Of a DNA stretch of 64,000 nt, positions 9,711-18,240 are shown one piece after another. The stretch lies in IMG/VR virus record IMGVR_UViG_3300010396_000045, positions 1 through 64,000 of that record; one strand, given 5' to 3'. Within the stretch, counting starts at the first letter, position 1. Each line of letters begins with the position of its first letter. The translations under genes and the position numbers were made by a program. The stretch is from a virus. The notes under the pieces are model-generated. The model had not been told where the DNA came from and did no database searches. It saw only the letters and a list, made by a program, of their open reading frames with translations.

Positions 9711-10688
9711 ATGACTAAATACAATTTCCAGCAGATCTCTGTGCAGGGCGATACCGGCGGTACTGTCGCGAGCGGGATTAACGACGAGGGCCAGATATCC
9801 GGCTGGTCGGTTCCGGGCGGATATAATATCTACCCGCATTCGTTCGTTGATACGAACGGCAGCATGGTGCCTTTGACCTCGAGTAGTCCCGTATTTATGT
9901 CAGGTCAGGCCGCAGCAGCGGGGATCAACAACGAAGGCCAGATATCCGGCACGCAGGGCAGCTCGCCGGTTGGCATCAGAGCGTTCCTTTGGGCCCCGGA
10001 CAAAACCGCACAGACCTTCAGCAGCGTTCCTACCGCTACCTACGGCACATTGTCGCACGGAGGCGGCGTTAACGACCTCGGCCAGGTTGTCGGATCGAAC
10101 GACGCCTTCAACGGGTTTAACGGGCACAACTCCTTCCTGTGGCAGGCCGGGAAGATGTCCTTCCTGCAATACCCCGGCGCTACGTTTACCGACGCTCGAG
10201 GTATTAGCGACGACGGAACGATTGTGGGCTACTACAGCGCTGCCAGGCTGCCCAACGGGTCTTCTGCTCCTAATCATCCATTCGTTGATACCAACGGGCA
10301 CATGACGGCAATCATGGTGCCAGGAGCTGTGTCGGCGGAGGCCAACGCTATATCGCCGGACGGACGGCAGATCGTCGGGACGTACCAGGATTCGGCTGGG
10401 CACAATCACGGCTGGATTGACAGGGCAGGGCGCATACAGACTCTCGATATGCCGGGGGCCACTGATACGTCGCTCCTAGGCCTGAACGACTTCAAGCAGA
10501 TCGTCGGCTCGTATGTGACAGCCGGCGATCCGGTGCAGCATGGGTTTGTTGCTACTCCGGATACAGAAGACCTACATGGAGGTCCGCAAGCGCTACCGGG
10601 GATAGTTCGGCAGCATACCGGGCTGTCGCAGGGGGCGCTGTTCTACGATCCGAGCCATCCGGTTATGTCGGGGATGGTGACGTCCTGA
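9711..10688 (+). CDS. HAF-repeat extracellular beta-propeller protein
   Basis: Repeats of A.GIN..GQI.G....H.F (ASGINDEGQISG, GGVNDLGQVVG, ARGISDDGTIVG, GLNDFKQIVG); start could extend to 9615. Confidence 0.85.
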   Translation: MTKYNFQQISVQGDTGGTVASGINDEGQISGWSVPGGYNIYPHSFVDTNGSMVPLTSSSPVFMSGQAAAAGINNEGQISGTQGSSPVGIRAFLWAPDKTAQTFSSVPTATYGTLSHGGGVNDLGQVVGSNDAFNGFNGHNSFLWQAGKMSFLQYPGATFTDARGISDDGTIVGYYSAARLPNGSSAPNHPFVDTNGHMTAIMVPGAVSAEANAISPDGRQIVGTYQDSAGHNHGWIDRAGRIQTLDMPGATDTSLLGLNDFKQIVGSYVTAGDPVQHGFVATPDTEDLHGGPQALPGIVRQHTGLSQGALFYDPSHPVMSGMVTS

Positions 10689-10702
10689 CGGTGGTTTCGG
10701 GT

Positions 10703-11005
10703 TTAGGCATGTTTCCTCCAAACCAGATAACCGTTGGCAACGAGTATTCCCCACATAGCAAGGAACTCTGGCAGCGTAGCGATCTTGGCAACGCACCAGA
10801 TTGCGCCGATGAATACCGGCGTTATGACAGCGCTATAAAGCGCGGCTCGCGCGATACTACGGACCCATATGTCAGCGTCTGCCCGAAGTCGCTCCGTCAC
10901 CCGGATGCGAGTCGCGGGGTAAGGTTCACATAGCCAGCAGGTTCCGCCCGACCCGCCCCAATTGCCGCCACACCGAGGGCAGACTGTGGTGTCTTTCTCA
11001 CTCAT
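10703..11005 (-). CDS. Small membrane protein with N-terminal CxxC...CxxC
   Basis: CPRC...CWLC followed by two hydrophobic segments. Confidence 0.55.
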   Translation of the reverse strand: MSEKDTTVCPRCGGNWGGSGGTCWLCEPYPATRIRVTERLRADADIWVRSIARAALYSAVITPVFIGAIWCVAKIATLPEFLAMWGILVANGYLVWRKHA

Positions 11006-11243
11006 CTGATTTCCTTTTCGCTTGGTTCTCTAGAGCCTTGGCGAGCCTCTTGGCGTAGCCAGCCGGCGTCATTCCTATCTGGCGAGCCGCTACAGCCTTC
11101 GGGAGATGCTGGGCGGCCAGGATCTGTTCGTCTGTGAATTGGGACTGACGCCCCTTCCAGCCGCGCTCTCGGGCAGCTCTCAGGCCAGCCATAGTGCGCT
11201 CGTGGGCGATGGCGCGCTCGAACTCAGCGAACACAGCTAGCAT
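10998..11243 (-). CDS. Serine recombinase C-terminal fragment (helix E plus HTH, no catalytic domain)
   Basis: MLAVFAEFERAIAHERTMAGLRAARERG matches resolvase helix E, followed by an HTH; no YxRVS catalytic motif. Confidence 0.75.
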   Translation of the reverse strand: MLAVFAEFERAIAHERTMAGLRAARERGWKGRQSQFTDEQILAAQHLPKAVAARQIGMTPAGYAKRLAKALENQAKRKSDE

Positions 11244-11701
11244 CAGGAATTATCCTCCAAGCGCAGATCAGCCGCCTTGCGGTATTCGTCAATCTCCTGA
11301 AGCAGCGCCGGATTGTCCTGTAGGTAGGCATTCGCCTCGGCGACAATCTCATCCAGGTTGTCGGCGCGGACGATCGGCTGGAAGTAGGAGGCGAGACCAT
11401 CGGGCAGCTCACGGCTTGCGCTCTGCATGGCGCGTTCCACGGCGTCCACGAGACGCGCCAGGGGCAGATCATAGACCTCCCTGGACCAGTCGCAGCTAAG
11501 CCCTTTCAGCAGGTTATGCGCCGTCTGCTCGACCCGCAGCGCCGCACGATTGCCCATCTCCCATGCCACCTCGAAGTCGTGCACTATGCCGGTAGCAAGG
11601 TTGTGCTCCGACCGGCGCCGGGAGACGCTGGTCGTCCAGCCTAACTTCCGCAGACCATCGGCCCGCAGAAAGATGTAGACGAAGCCATTCCTGCGGTTCA
11701 T
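11243..11701 (-). CDS. GIY-YIG superfamily (T5orf172-like) protein
   Basis: GFVYIF...RKLGWTTSVSRRRSEHN...VEQTAHNLL...SREVY. Confidence 0.7.
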   Translation of the reverse strand: MNRRNGFVYIFLRADGLRKLGWTTSVSRRRSEHNLATGIVHDFEVAWEMGNRAALRVEQTAHNLLKGLSCDWSREVYDLPLARLVDAVERAMQSASRELPDGLASYFQPIVRADNLDEIVAEANAYLQDNPALLQEIDEYRKAADLRLEDNS

Positions 11702-11901
11702 CGGTCGCGTCCAATCAGCCGGTAGGATACCACCCGCTCTACACCAAGAGCCGCCAGCATCTTGCCTGCTGGCTCTCGCTTCCCCGCGAGAACATCAGAC
11801 ACATATACTGCCGACATGTTGTTTGACCTCGCCCAGGCTGTTTGCCCCCCGGCTCGGTCGCACTCCCGCCTGAGGCGGGCTAGGAGTTGTTCCCTTGTCA
11901 T
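11698..11901 (-). CDS. Cro-like HTH regulator
   Basis: AGGQTAWARSNNMSAVYVSDVLAGKREP. Confidence 0.75.
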   Translation of the reverse strand: MTREQLLARLRRECDRAGGQTAWARSNNMSAVYVSDVLAGKREPAGKMLAALGVERVVSYRLIGRDR

Positions 11902-11907
11902 GCAAAC

Positions 11908-11954
11908 AATTTAGCGAATTAGCTATTGACTGTCAAGCCGCGGCACAGTATTCT
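11908..11954. promoter_or_regulatory. Back-to-back sigma70-like promoters sharing a palindromic -35 region
   Basis: TTGACTGTCAA at 11926-11936 gives TTGACT-17-TATTCT on + and TTGACA-17-TAAATT on -, between divergent genes. Confidence 0.6.
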
Positions 11955-11990
11955 GTCAACAGTTAATGAAACCACACCCCGGAGTAGAAC

Positions 11991-12206
11991 ATGGACGAAG
12001 TCAGCGACGTAGATGTGATGGAAGCCAATGGCTCGGGAATGGACGCTTACGCAGACAGCAAAAGCATCCACGACAACCCCTACCAGCATCCAGACCTGCG
12101 TTCGGCTTGGCACCAGGGCTGGATGTCAGCGCAGCTTCATGATGATGAGGTTGAGATACGCTGCTACGTGCCAGAGGCAGACGGACGCCTCCTCTACACC
12201 CGATAA
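11991..12206 (+). CDS. Small hypothetical protein (NPY...AWxxGW motif)
   Basis: Preceded by the shared leader CCCCGGAGTAGAAC; contains DNPYQHPDLRSAWHQGW. Confidence 0.65.
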   Translation: MDEVSDVDVMEANGSGMDAYADSKSIHDNPYQHPDLRSAWHQGWMSAQLHDDEVEIRCYVPEADGRLLYTR

Positions 12207-12226
12207 ACTTCACCCCGGAGCGGAAC

Positions 12227-12421
12227 ATGACAGACCAAGATCGTGCGGTCAGGATTAGAGCGAAGGCCGATGAACTATGCTCGCTATTGAATGATGCCGC
12301 CGAGGTTGGTCTGCACATCAAGGTCAACATCATACCCTATGTCCACAATCACTCTACGGCGGGCAATGTCGGGAGCGGCTTCAAGGCCCTCGTCTTGGTC
12401 CACCGCGAGACACACATCTAA
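12227..12421 (+). CDS. Small hypothetical protein
   Basis: Preceded by the shared leader CCCCGGAGCGGAAC. Confidence 0.6.
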   Translation: MTDQDRAVRIRAKADELCSLLNDAAEVGLHIKVNIIPYVHNHSTAGNVGSGFKALVLVHRETHI

Positions 12422-12574
12422 ACCCCAGTTAGATGAAACCTCATGGCCGTTCTTCGGAACCACATTGGCGAACGTGGCAGGCACCGCACCCGACGCATGG
12501 TGAGTCGCGGATATCCCAAATATCGGGCCAGCCTGTGGCCATGGGGCAGAGTGAACTAAACTCCGGAGCGGAAC

Positions 12575-12760
12575 ATGACCTACGAAGTCATAGGCTACGC
12601 AGACGAAGCGGCTTTCAACGCTGTCCAGTTCGTTGAGATTGACGACGGACTGCTGAATAAGCGCGAGGCTCTAAATCTCGGCCGCTCTGCTCTCGTTGAG
12701 TTCCCGATCGTCAAGGTGCAGTCCGACGACCGAGAGTTCATCGAAATCCTACGGCGTTGA
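12575..12760 (+). CDS. Small hypothetical protein
   Basis: Preceded by the shared leader CTCCGGAGCGGAAC. Confidence 0.6.
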   Translation: MTYEVIGYADEAAFNAVQFVEIDDGLLNKREALNLGRSALVEFPIVKVQSDDREFIEILRR

Positions 12761-12961
12761 GCGATATGAATGACAAGCCATCATGGTATCCCCTCCACGT
12801 TTCGGGCCGCAACAGGCTGCGTGTGGAGGATAGGGCTGGTTGCCTGTTCGCGTTGACCCAGACAATTGAGCAGGCGGCTCTGATAGTTCTGACCATGAAC
12901 TCCGCCGTCAGGCGGGACTTCGAGAGTGCTACTTAACCCCGATTGAGGAACGCTTTCTCCC

Positions 12962-13273
12962 ATGGGCCGCACGAGACGCACCGATGATGATAAGAAGCTC
13001 ATGGCCTTAATGGGCCAGCGCCTCCTCTGGGTTCGGGAAGCGCTCGGCTTGAACCAGACCGACATGGCTAGGCGCGTAGGTTTGACCCAAACAGCCTGGT
13101 CCTTATATGAATTGGGCAAACGCTGGCCCGACCAGTTCGAGTTGCCGAGGATCCTAGCTAAGCTAGGGATTACCCATGAGTATCTAATGGGTGGCGACTT
13201 ATCCGGCCTGGATCGGGATGTGGCTATTCGGATAGCGGCCCATCACCCTGAGATAATCCTACGGAAGAAATGA
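12962..13273 (+). CDS. XRE-family HTH regulator
   Basis: GQRLLWVREALGLNQTDMARRVGLTQTAWSLYELGKRWP. Confidence 0.9.
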   Translation: MGRTRRTDDDKKLMALMGQRLLWVREALGLNQTDMARRVGLTQTAWSLYELGKRWPDQFELPRILAKLGITHEYLMGGDLSGLDRDVAIRIAAHHPEIILRKK

Positions 13274-13491
13274 ACAGAACTTCACTTTCCTCTTGTACCA
13301 ATGCAGCATAATGGTATAGTATATACGAAGGCCAAATCGAGGAGGACATCCCGATGGAATACGAAGACCAAGAGACCAACGAAGGCGGAGCGGAGAACAC
13401 CTACGCTTTCATCGCTATTCTGATCTGCTCAGTAGCTCTAGCGCTTACCGTACTGCACCCGTAACGCATACCTATCGAGGAGAATATCCCG

Positions 13492-13671
13492 ATGCGTCCG
13501 ACGAACTTCTACACTGTCACCTTCGTGAACCTGAACGGGGAGACACTGCTCTCTCGGTTCTTCGATACTCTGAGCGCAGCAAGAGCATGGCGCAGACACC
13601 TCCTGGCTAAGCCATACGTCCTCGATGCTTCGATCTATCGCGGTGGCGTTGGCGGTATGCCGGTTGTATAG
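13492..13671 (+). CDS. Small hypothetical protein (59 aa, not in the ORF track)
   Basis: GAGGAG RBS; MRPTNFYTVTFVNLNGETLLSRFFDTLSAARAWRR...VV*. Confidence 0.55.
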   Translation: MRPTNFYTVTFVNLNGETLLSRFFDTLSAARAWRRHLLAKPYVLDASIYRGGVGGMPVV

Positions 13672-13680
13672 GAGGTAGCG

Positions 13681-13908
13681 ATGAGAACAATAAGCCCCAC
13701 AGACCGCCAATCCGGCAACATGCTCCATTTCTTCCGTGAAGCCTTCGATAGAGCACATGAGGAAGGACGAACAAAAGACGCGGGAGACGCCCTGGAACTC
13801 TATTACCTGCTGATCGACGCAAGGCATGAGCCCGACCTAGAGCAGGACGAAGTCTGGATCTCTGGAGCGCCTCGCTTCGCTCCTCCGGAAGCGCGAGAGG
13901 AGGCGTAA
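13681..13908 (+). CDS. Small hypothetical protein
   Basis: AGGAGGT RBS; abuts gcrA. Confidence 0.6.
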   Translation: MRTISPTDRQSGNMLHFFREAFDRAHEEGRTKDAGDALELYYLLIDARHEPDLEQDEVWISGAPRFAPPEAREEA

Positions 13909-13909
13909 G

Positions 13910-14410
13910 ATGGACTGGGCAGAAGAGACCGTCCAGAAGCTCCGCGAGCTGTGGAACACAGGACTATCGACGGCGCAGATAGGATTGCGCCTCGGCGTCT
14001 CGAAGAACGCTGTGGTCGGCAAAGCGCATCGTCTAGACCTACCGGCTCGTCAGTCACCGATCATACGCGACGGACAGCAGCGCGAAAAGCCCACCAGAGT
14101 GCCACGCGCCAAGCCGTATACGCTGCCGCTCCTCTCCTGCCTCAACGGCTCTACGCCCGCTCCAGAGCCGCGCAATCCCTATGTCCCAAGGATCAGGCAT
14201 CCGGAGGCTCCGATGGCTCGTCCTACGCCTGCCCATAGCGTTCGGGTCGGCCCAGTCTGCGAATGCCGCTGGCCTATCGGGGATCCGAAAGACCGGCAGA
14301 ACTTCCGGTTCTGCGATGCGCCGAGTGAGCCGGGGAAATCTTACTGCGAGACGCACCGCCGCATCGCCTACGTCGTAATCCGCGATAGAAGAGAGGACCA
14401 GGCAGCATGA
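13910..14410 (+). CDS. gcrA: GcrA cell-cycle regulator homologue
   Basis: MDW....QKLRELWNTGLSTAQIGLRLGVSKNAVVGKAHRLDL and C-terminal CRWPIGDP...FRFC.....GKSYCETH...AY. Confidence 0.95.
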   Translation: MDWAEETVQKLRELWNTGLSTAQIGLRLGVSKNAVVGKAHRLDLPARQSPIIRDGQQREKPTRVPRAKPYTLPLLSCLNGSTPAPEPRNPYVPRIRHPEAPMARPTPAHSVRVGPVCECRWPIGDPKDRQNFRFCDAPSEPGKSYCETHRRIAYVVIRDRREDQAA

Positions 14411-14631
14411 CCGAACATCCACCATACAGCATCACCGGCAACGTCAACGGTACAGAGCGGATCTGGGCGTTCGATAAGCTGGATGCGGTCATGAAGCTAT
14501 GGGACAAGATAGCGCGCGACCGCATCGTCCCTGGCACTAAGGATGCCATCACGGATCTGAGGCTATTCTATGGAGGCGACAAGCCTGTCGTCGCTCTTGG
14601 CATGCCGTACGGCGGACTATCTGTGCCATAA
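14407..14631 (+). CDS. Small hypothetical protein
   Basis: ATGA overlap with gcrA. Confidence 0.55.
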   Translation: MTEHPPYSITGNVNGTERIWAFDKLDAVMKLWDKIARDRIVPGTKDAITDLRLFYGGDKPVVALGMPYGGLSVP

Positions 14632-14649
14632 GTTAAAAGGAGGGGGAAA

Positions 14650-14835
14650 ATGATACCTGACATCGGACTGATGATTGCTGCCTACACGATAACCCGACTG
14701 ACCGCGATGCTTGGCCAGCCTACCTCACAAACCAACGTCATAGCAAAGATAAGCGCCGTTGCCGCAGTAGTCGCGACATGCATAGCTATGTTCGACCTCA
14801 TAGGCAAAAGCGCTTCATTCCCAATGCCAGGATAA
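14650..14835 (+). CDS. Small two-TM membrane protein
   Basis: AGGAGG RBS; two hydrophobic segments. Confidence 0.55.
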   Translation: MIPDIGLMIAAYTITRLTAMLGQPTSQTNVIAKISAVAAVVATCIAMFDLIGKSASFPMPG

Positions 14836-14840
14836 CCCAT

Positions 14841-15029
14841 ATGCCACGCAAGACAGAATCCGAGACGATCGATATAGCTGGCCACGTCCAGCGCGAGACC
14901 GAGAAGGCGTATCTGTTCTACGACGGCATCCGCGACGCATGGCTCCCGAAGAGCCAGGTTTCATGGGACGCCGACAAGGGGGTTATGATCGTGCCGGAGT
15001 GGCTGGCGAAGGAACGAGAGCTAGTCTGA
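14841..15029 (+). CDS. Small phage hypothetical protein
   Basis: RETEKAYLF...WLPKSQV...VPEWLAKERELV pattern seen in small phage proteins. Confidence 0.65.
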   Translation: MPRKTESETIDIAGHVQRETEKAYLFYDGIRDAWLPKSQVSWDADKGVMIVPEWLAKERELV

Positions 15030-15042
15030 GGCCTAGAAACGC

Positions 15043-15072
15043 AAAAAGGCTCCGAGCCGAAGCCCGGAGCCT
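15043..15072 (-). terminator. Intrinsic terminator where early and late transcription converge
   Basis: AGGCTCCGAGC-CGAA-GCCCGGAGCCT stem with an A5 run on the left (U-tract on minus strand). Confidence 0.65.
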
Positions 15073-15450
15073 AGTCTGTCTATAAACATAGATTGAGGTG
15101 AGTGCTATGGATGAATATGATTACAAACAATTCGAGGCAGCGGCAGAGCTATATATTCGATCATCGGCTCATCTATCGATGAGCGAGGCAGCTAAGCATA
15201 AGGCGGCACAAGAATTGCAGGACGTCTATCTGAAGCTGTGGGTGCTACGGCGAAACGGATTTCGTGTTGACTAAATCCCCCTCTCACCCGAAGAGACTGA
15301 GAATGATCCGAATAAAGTTCCACCCAGCAGCGCAATTGACGGCCTGGACAGTATTCGTCCTCGTCTTCGGCTGCGCTATTGGATATTACTCCGGATGGAA
15401 CGATGCGCTTAGCAGCGCGTGCCGTCTTGTATGGCACTAAAGTCTCACAC

Positions 15451-15783
15451 CTAAGCGCCGGCATCGGGCACGAAACAATACATGATGCTCTCCGGCTGGA
15501 CTGGACTGGCGCACAGGACCGAATGGCCGGTCGGGTTGTCGTCTCTATGCAGCACGATCCTATCCGGCACAGAGATGAACACCTCGCCGAACTTTACCCA
15601 CCAGTGGCCGTCCTGCGTCTTGGCAACGACAGCGCGGCAGTCTCCCATGCCGCAGCAGGACTGGCCTATCTCGTCGTGTAGGTCGTGGAACCACTTCGCA
15701 ACGCTGCTGTTCGGATCAGTCCCAGGAGGAGGCTCGGCGAGTGCTGGAAACGATAGGAGGAGGAAAACTATGATAGGTTTCAT
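15451..15783 (-). CDS. Secreted Cys-rich hypothetical protein
   Basis: Signal peptide; SCCGMGDCR...NPTG...CFVP motifs. Confidence 0.7.
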   Translation of the reverse strand: MKPIIVFLLLSFPALAEPPPGTDPNSSVAKWFHDLHDEIGQSCCGMGDCRAVVAKTQDGHWWVKFGEVFISVPDRIVLHRDDNPTGHSVLCASPVQPESIMYCFVPDAGA

Positions 15784-15918
15784 TGCTGGAGTGATTCTTG
15801 GCTATGGAGCAATATGGATCATGGGATGGAATGGCGTAGCTAGCCCCGGATTGTCTCTGTTCACTATCGGCGCAGTTCTAGGATATGGAGCAGCGTTAAT
15901 CGTCAATAGGAAAGCTAT

Positions 15919-17721
15919 CTATCCCAGGACCAAAATGCGCCCATCGTAGCTCGGAAGCAGTATCTTTCCTGGGATCTGAGTATGCAGATTAAATTTCGAG
16001 TGGCAGTAGTAAATTCCCCAATCCAGGCTATCCCAAATCTTTATCAGCCTAGCGTCGCCTGAACCAGGAGCGCCGTCGATCCAGTTCGCGCCATAGCCGA
16101 CAAACCTTCCCTGCACCACGCGTCGGTTCGCATCATCATCTAATGGCATCGACGACCATAGGATCCCCGTATTCGTCCCCTGGCCACTACTCGATATACC
16201 TAGAAACCCACCAGGCATTCCCGATATCTTGCCTCCAGATGCAATCTCATTGCCGCAAGCCAGATAGGTCATGGTCGCATCGGCATTGAGCTTGAACGCT
16301 CTGACGGGAGAGTTCTCTCCTTGCGTAAAGAGCATCCAGCCGTGGTCAGGAGAGCGGTAGAATACCGGCGTGCTATGCTGGTGTTTGGTCATCCCCATAT
16401 AGCCGCCCGGGATCGTCATCGGGTTAGCGACGCTGTTGAAGCCGCCAAGGTAGTCCGTGAAGTTATATGGCGGAGCCAGTAGCTTCGCGAAGTTGCCGTC
16501 CGTCTTGCCAGGAGCGAAGTCTGCGTTCTGCGTCTTGCCCATGTCCGCCATGTTGACGGTATAGGCAATGCCGTCCTTGCCAGCTCCTATGATAGCGGAG
16601 AAGTCGTAGCCGGTCAGCGACGATGGAATGAGCAGAGGACCACCTGAGCCGAGGTCTTCGTCCTTCACCGTGTTGGCGTTCGTCGGGGCCATCCCGCTCA
16701 TATCCATGCCGGCCATATCGTTCATCGCGTTCGTCGGCCACAGATGCTCATTGGGCGGCGTAAGGCCCATCTTAGTGCCTGGGAACGCAGGCAGTGTCGG
16801 ATCCAGTCCGTCCCGCCCGGTATCGCTGTATGGCGACCACCAATCCACACACTCCAGCTTGCCGTCCGCACCGCTTGATGGCGGCGTATAGCGGAGCTTG
16901 AAGAAGCACTCCCCGAAGTCCGTAGGAGGCTGGAAGCCCCCGTTGCCGGTCATGCCGTAGATGTAGCCGTCCGGATCCATCGATAGGCCTTGTCCTCCCT
17001 GCCAGATCCCGGCTGCGGGGTATTTCGTGCCGGTGACCCACGTCGCGGAGATAGTCGGCGTGCGCGTGACGTCGACGGCTACGACCCATCCCTGGTTGGT
17101 CGATGCGCTCTCGTAGAATGAACCGAACGCAATGAAGACGGTCGTATGGCCGTTGCGTGTATCGAGGAGCAGGCCTGGCCGTTGCTTCCGTGGCGTGCTG
17201 CCGAGCGTGAAGTTCTGGTAGGTCGCGCCATTGAGAGGCAGGGGAGGGAAGCGATAGTTCCCGCTCGCGAGGTCCAGGCCGTGAAGCTGGTACTGGCCGT
17301 TTGCTATAGCTCCGTCGTGACAGTTCAGCGCTACGCAATAGAGTGTAGACGTGGCAAGGTCGATTACCGGCGTTGAGAGTATTCCCCACCAATAATTTAT
17401 GCCCCACATGTCGTATTGCTTTGTCACCAAACCCGGACGAGCAATATGCTGCTTCCAAAGGAGCTGGCAGGTATCCGTATCGAAGGCGTAGACGTTGTTG
17501 CTCATGTCGCAGACATAGGCGACCGAGTGAACCTGCTCGTCCAGCATCATAATGAACGGCACGAACAGGACTTGCCCCTCCGTCCCGCGCGGGTCGTCTA
17601 GCTGGAACTCGCCGAGCACGCGGATCCCGTTCTTCTGCACCCATATACTGGTCAGCTTCGTCTCGTCGAAGCAGGCACCGTCGCGTAGGTTCGAGTAGCT
17701 CCGAGTGGTTACGGCTCCCAT
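15919..17721 (-). CDS. PQQ-like beta-propeller protein
   Basis: NNVYAFD...LLWK, GILSTPVID, QRPGLLL, GIWQGGQG, YGMTGNG, DEDLGSGGP, GAGKDG. Confidence 0.8.
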   Translation of the reverse strand: MGAVTTRSYSNLRDGACFDETKLTSIWVQKNGIRVLGEFQLDDPRGTEGQVLFVPFIMMLDEQVHSVAYVCDMSNNVYAFDTDTCQLLWKQHIARPGLVTKQYDMWGINYWWGILSTPVIDLATSTLYCVALNCHDGAIANGQYQLHGLDLASGNYRFPPLPLNGATYQNFTLGSTPRKQRPGLLLDTRNGHTTVFIAFGSFYESASTNQGWVVAVDVTRTPTISATWVTGTKYPAAGIWQGGQGLSMDPDGYIYGMTGNGGFQPPTDFGECFFKLRYTPPSSGADGKLECVDWWSPYSDTGRDGLDPTLPAFPGTKMGLTPPNEHLWPTNAMNDMAGMDMSGMAPTNANTVKDEDLGSGGPLLIPSSLTGYDFSAIIGAGKDGIAYTVNMADMGKTQNADFAPGKTDGNFAKLLAPPYNFTDYLGGFNSVANPMTIPGGYMGMTKHQHSTPVFYRSPDHGWMLFTQGENSPVRAFKLNADATMTYLACGNEIASGGKISGMPGGFLGISSSGQGTNTGILWSSMPLDDDANRRVVQGRFVGYGANWIDGAPGSGDARLIKIWDSLDWGIYYCHSKFNLHTQIPGKILLPSYDGRILVLG

Positions 17722-17884
17722 TATGCGCTCCGCTCAGGACGGAACGTCATCAGGAGCGCCCAGGCGAGAAAAAGGACGGCATACGCCAAGGGCTTCTCTA
17801 GCGTCTGTAGGTCGTACACCCTATCCAGTTCGACCGCGAACGATGCTCCGGCCAGATACGGAATAATCCGTGCACAGACCGCTC

Positions 17885-18232
17885 TCATGCCTCGCTCCCG
17901 CCGAACGTAGGAGTAGGCTTGGGGTGATCCGCAAGGACGCGCCAGCCGGCGTCCGCAGCCTCCTGGGCCGTCATCTCAATGCCGCCGTAGCCATGGTAGA
18001 AAGCGCGCATCGGTGAGCCGCCAACATTGTCCGCGAGCAGCTTAATGATTTCGTCCTGAAGCGCGGTTATGCCCGCCTGGGTAAGCACTGGAGGGCGGTT
18101 GCGCAGGTATATCGCCTCTGCCGATGGCATCGCGTTTTCCCAGTACACGGTAAAGGTAGCGCGGAGATAGAAAGGGCTATCCCCAGGCAGTAACTCCTTC
18201 TGCCCCGGGCAGATAGCGGCGTGGTCGGTCAT
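17885..18232 (-). CDS. Hypothetical protein
   Basis: AGGAGG RBS directly after the amylase stop. Confidence 0.55.
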   Translation of the reverse strand: MTDHAAICPGQKELLPGDSPFYLRATFTVYWENAMPSAEAIYLRNRPPVLTQAGITALQDEIIKLLADNVGGSPMRAFYHGYGGIEMTAQEAADAGWRVLADHPKPTPTFGGSEA

Positions 18233-18240
18233 AAAGCCTC

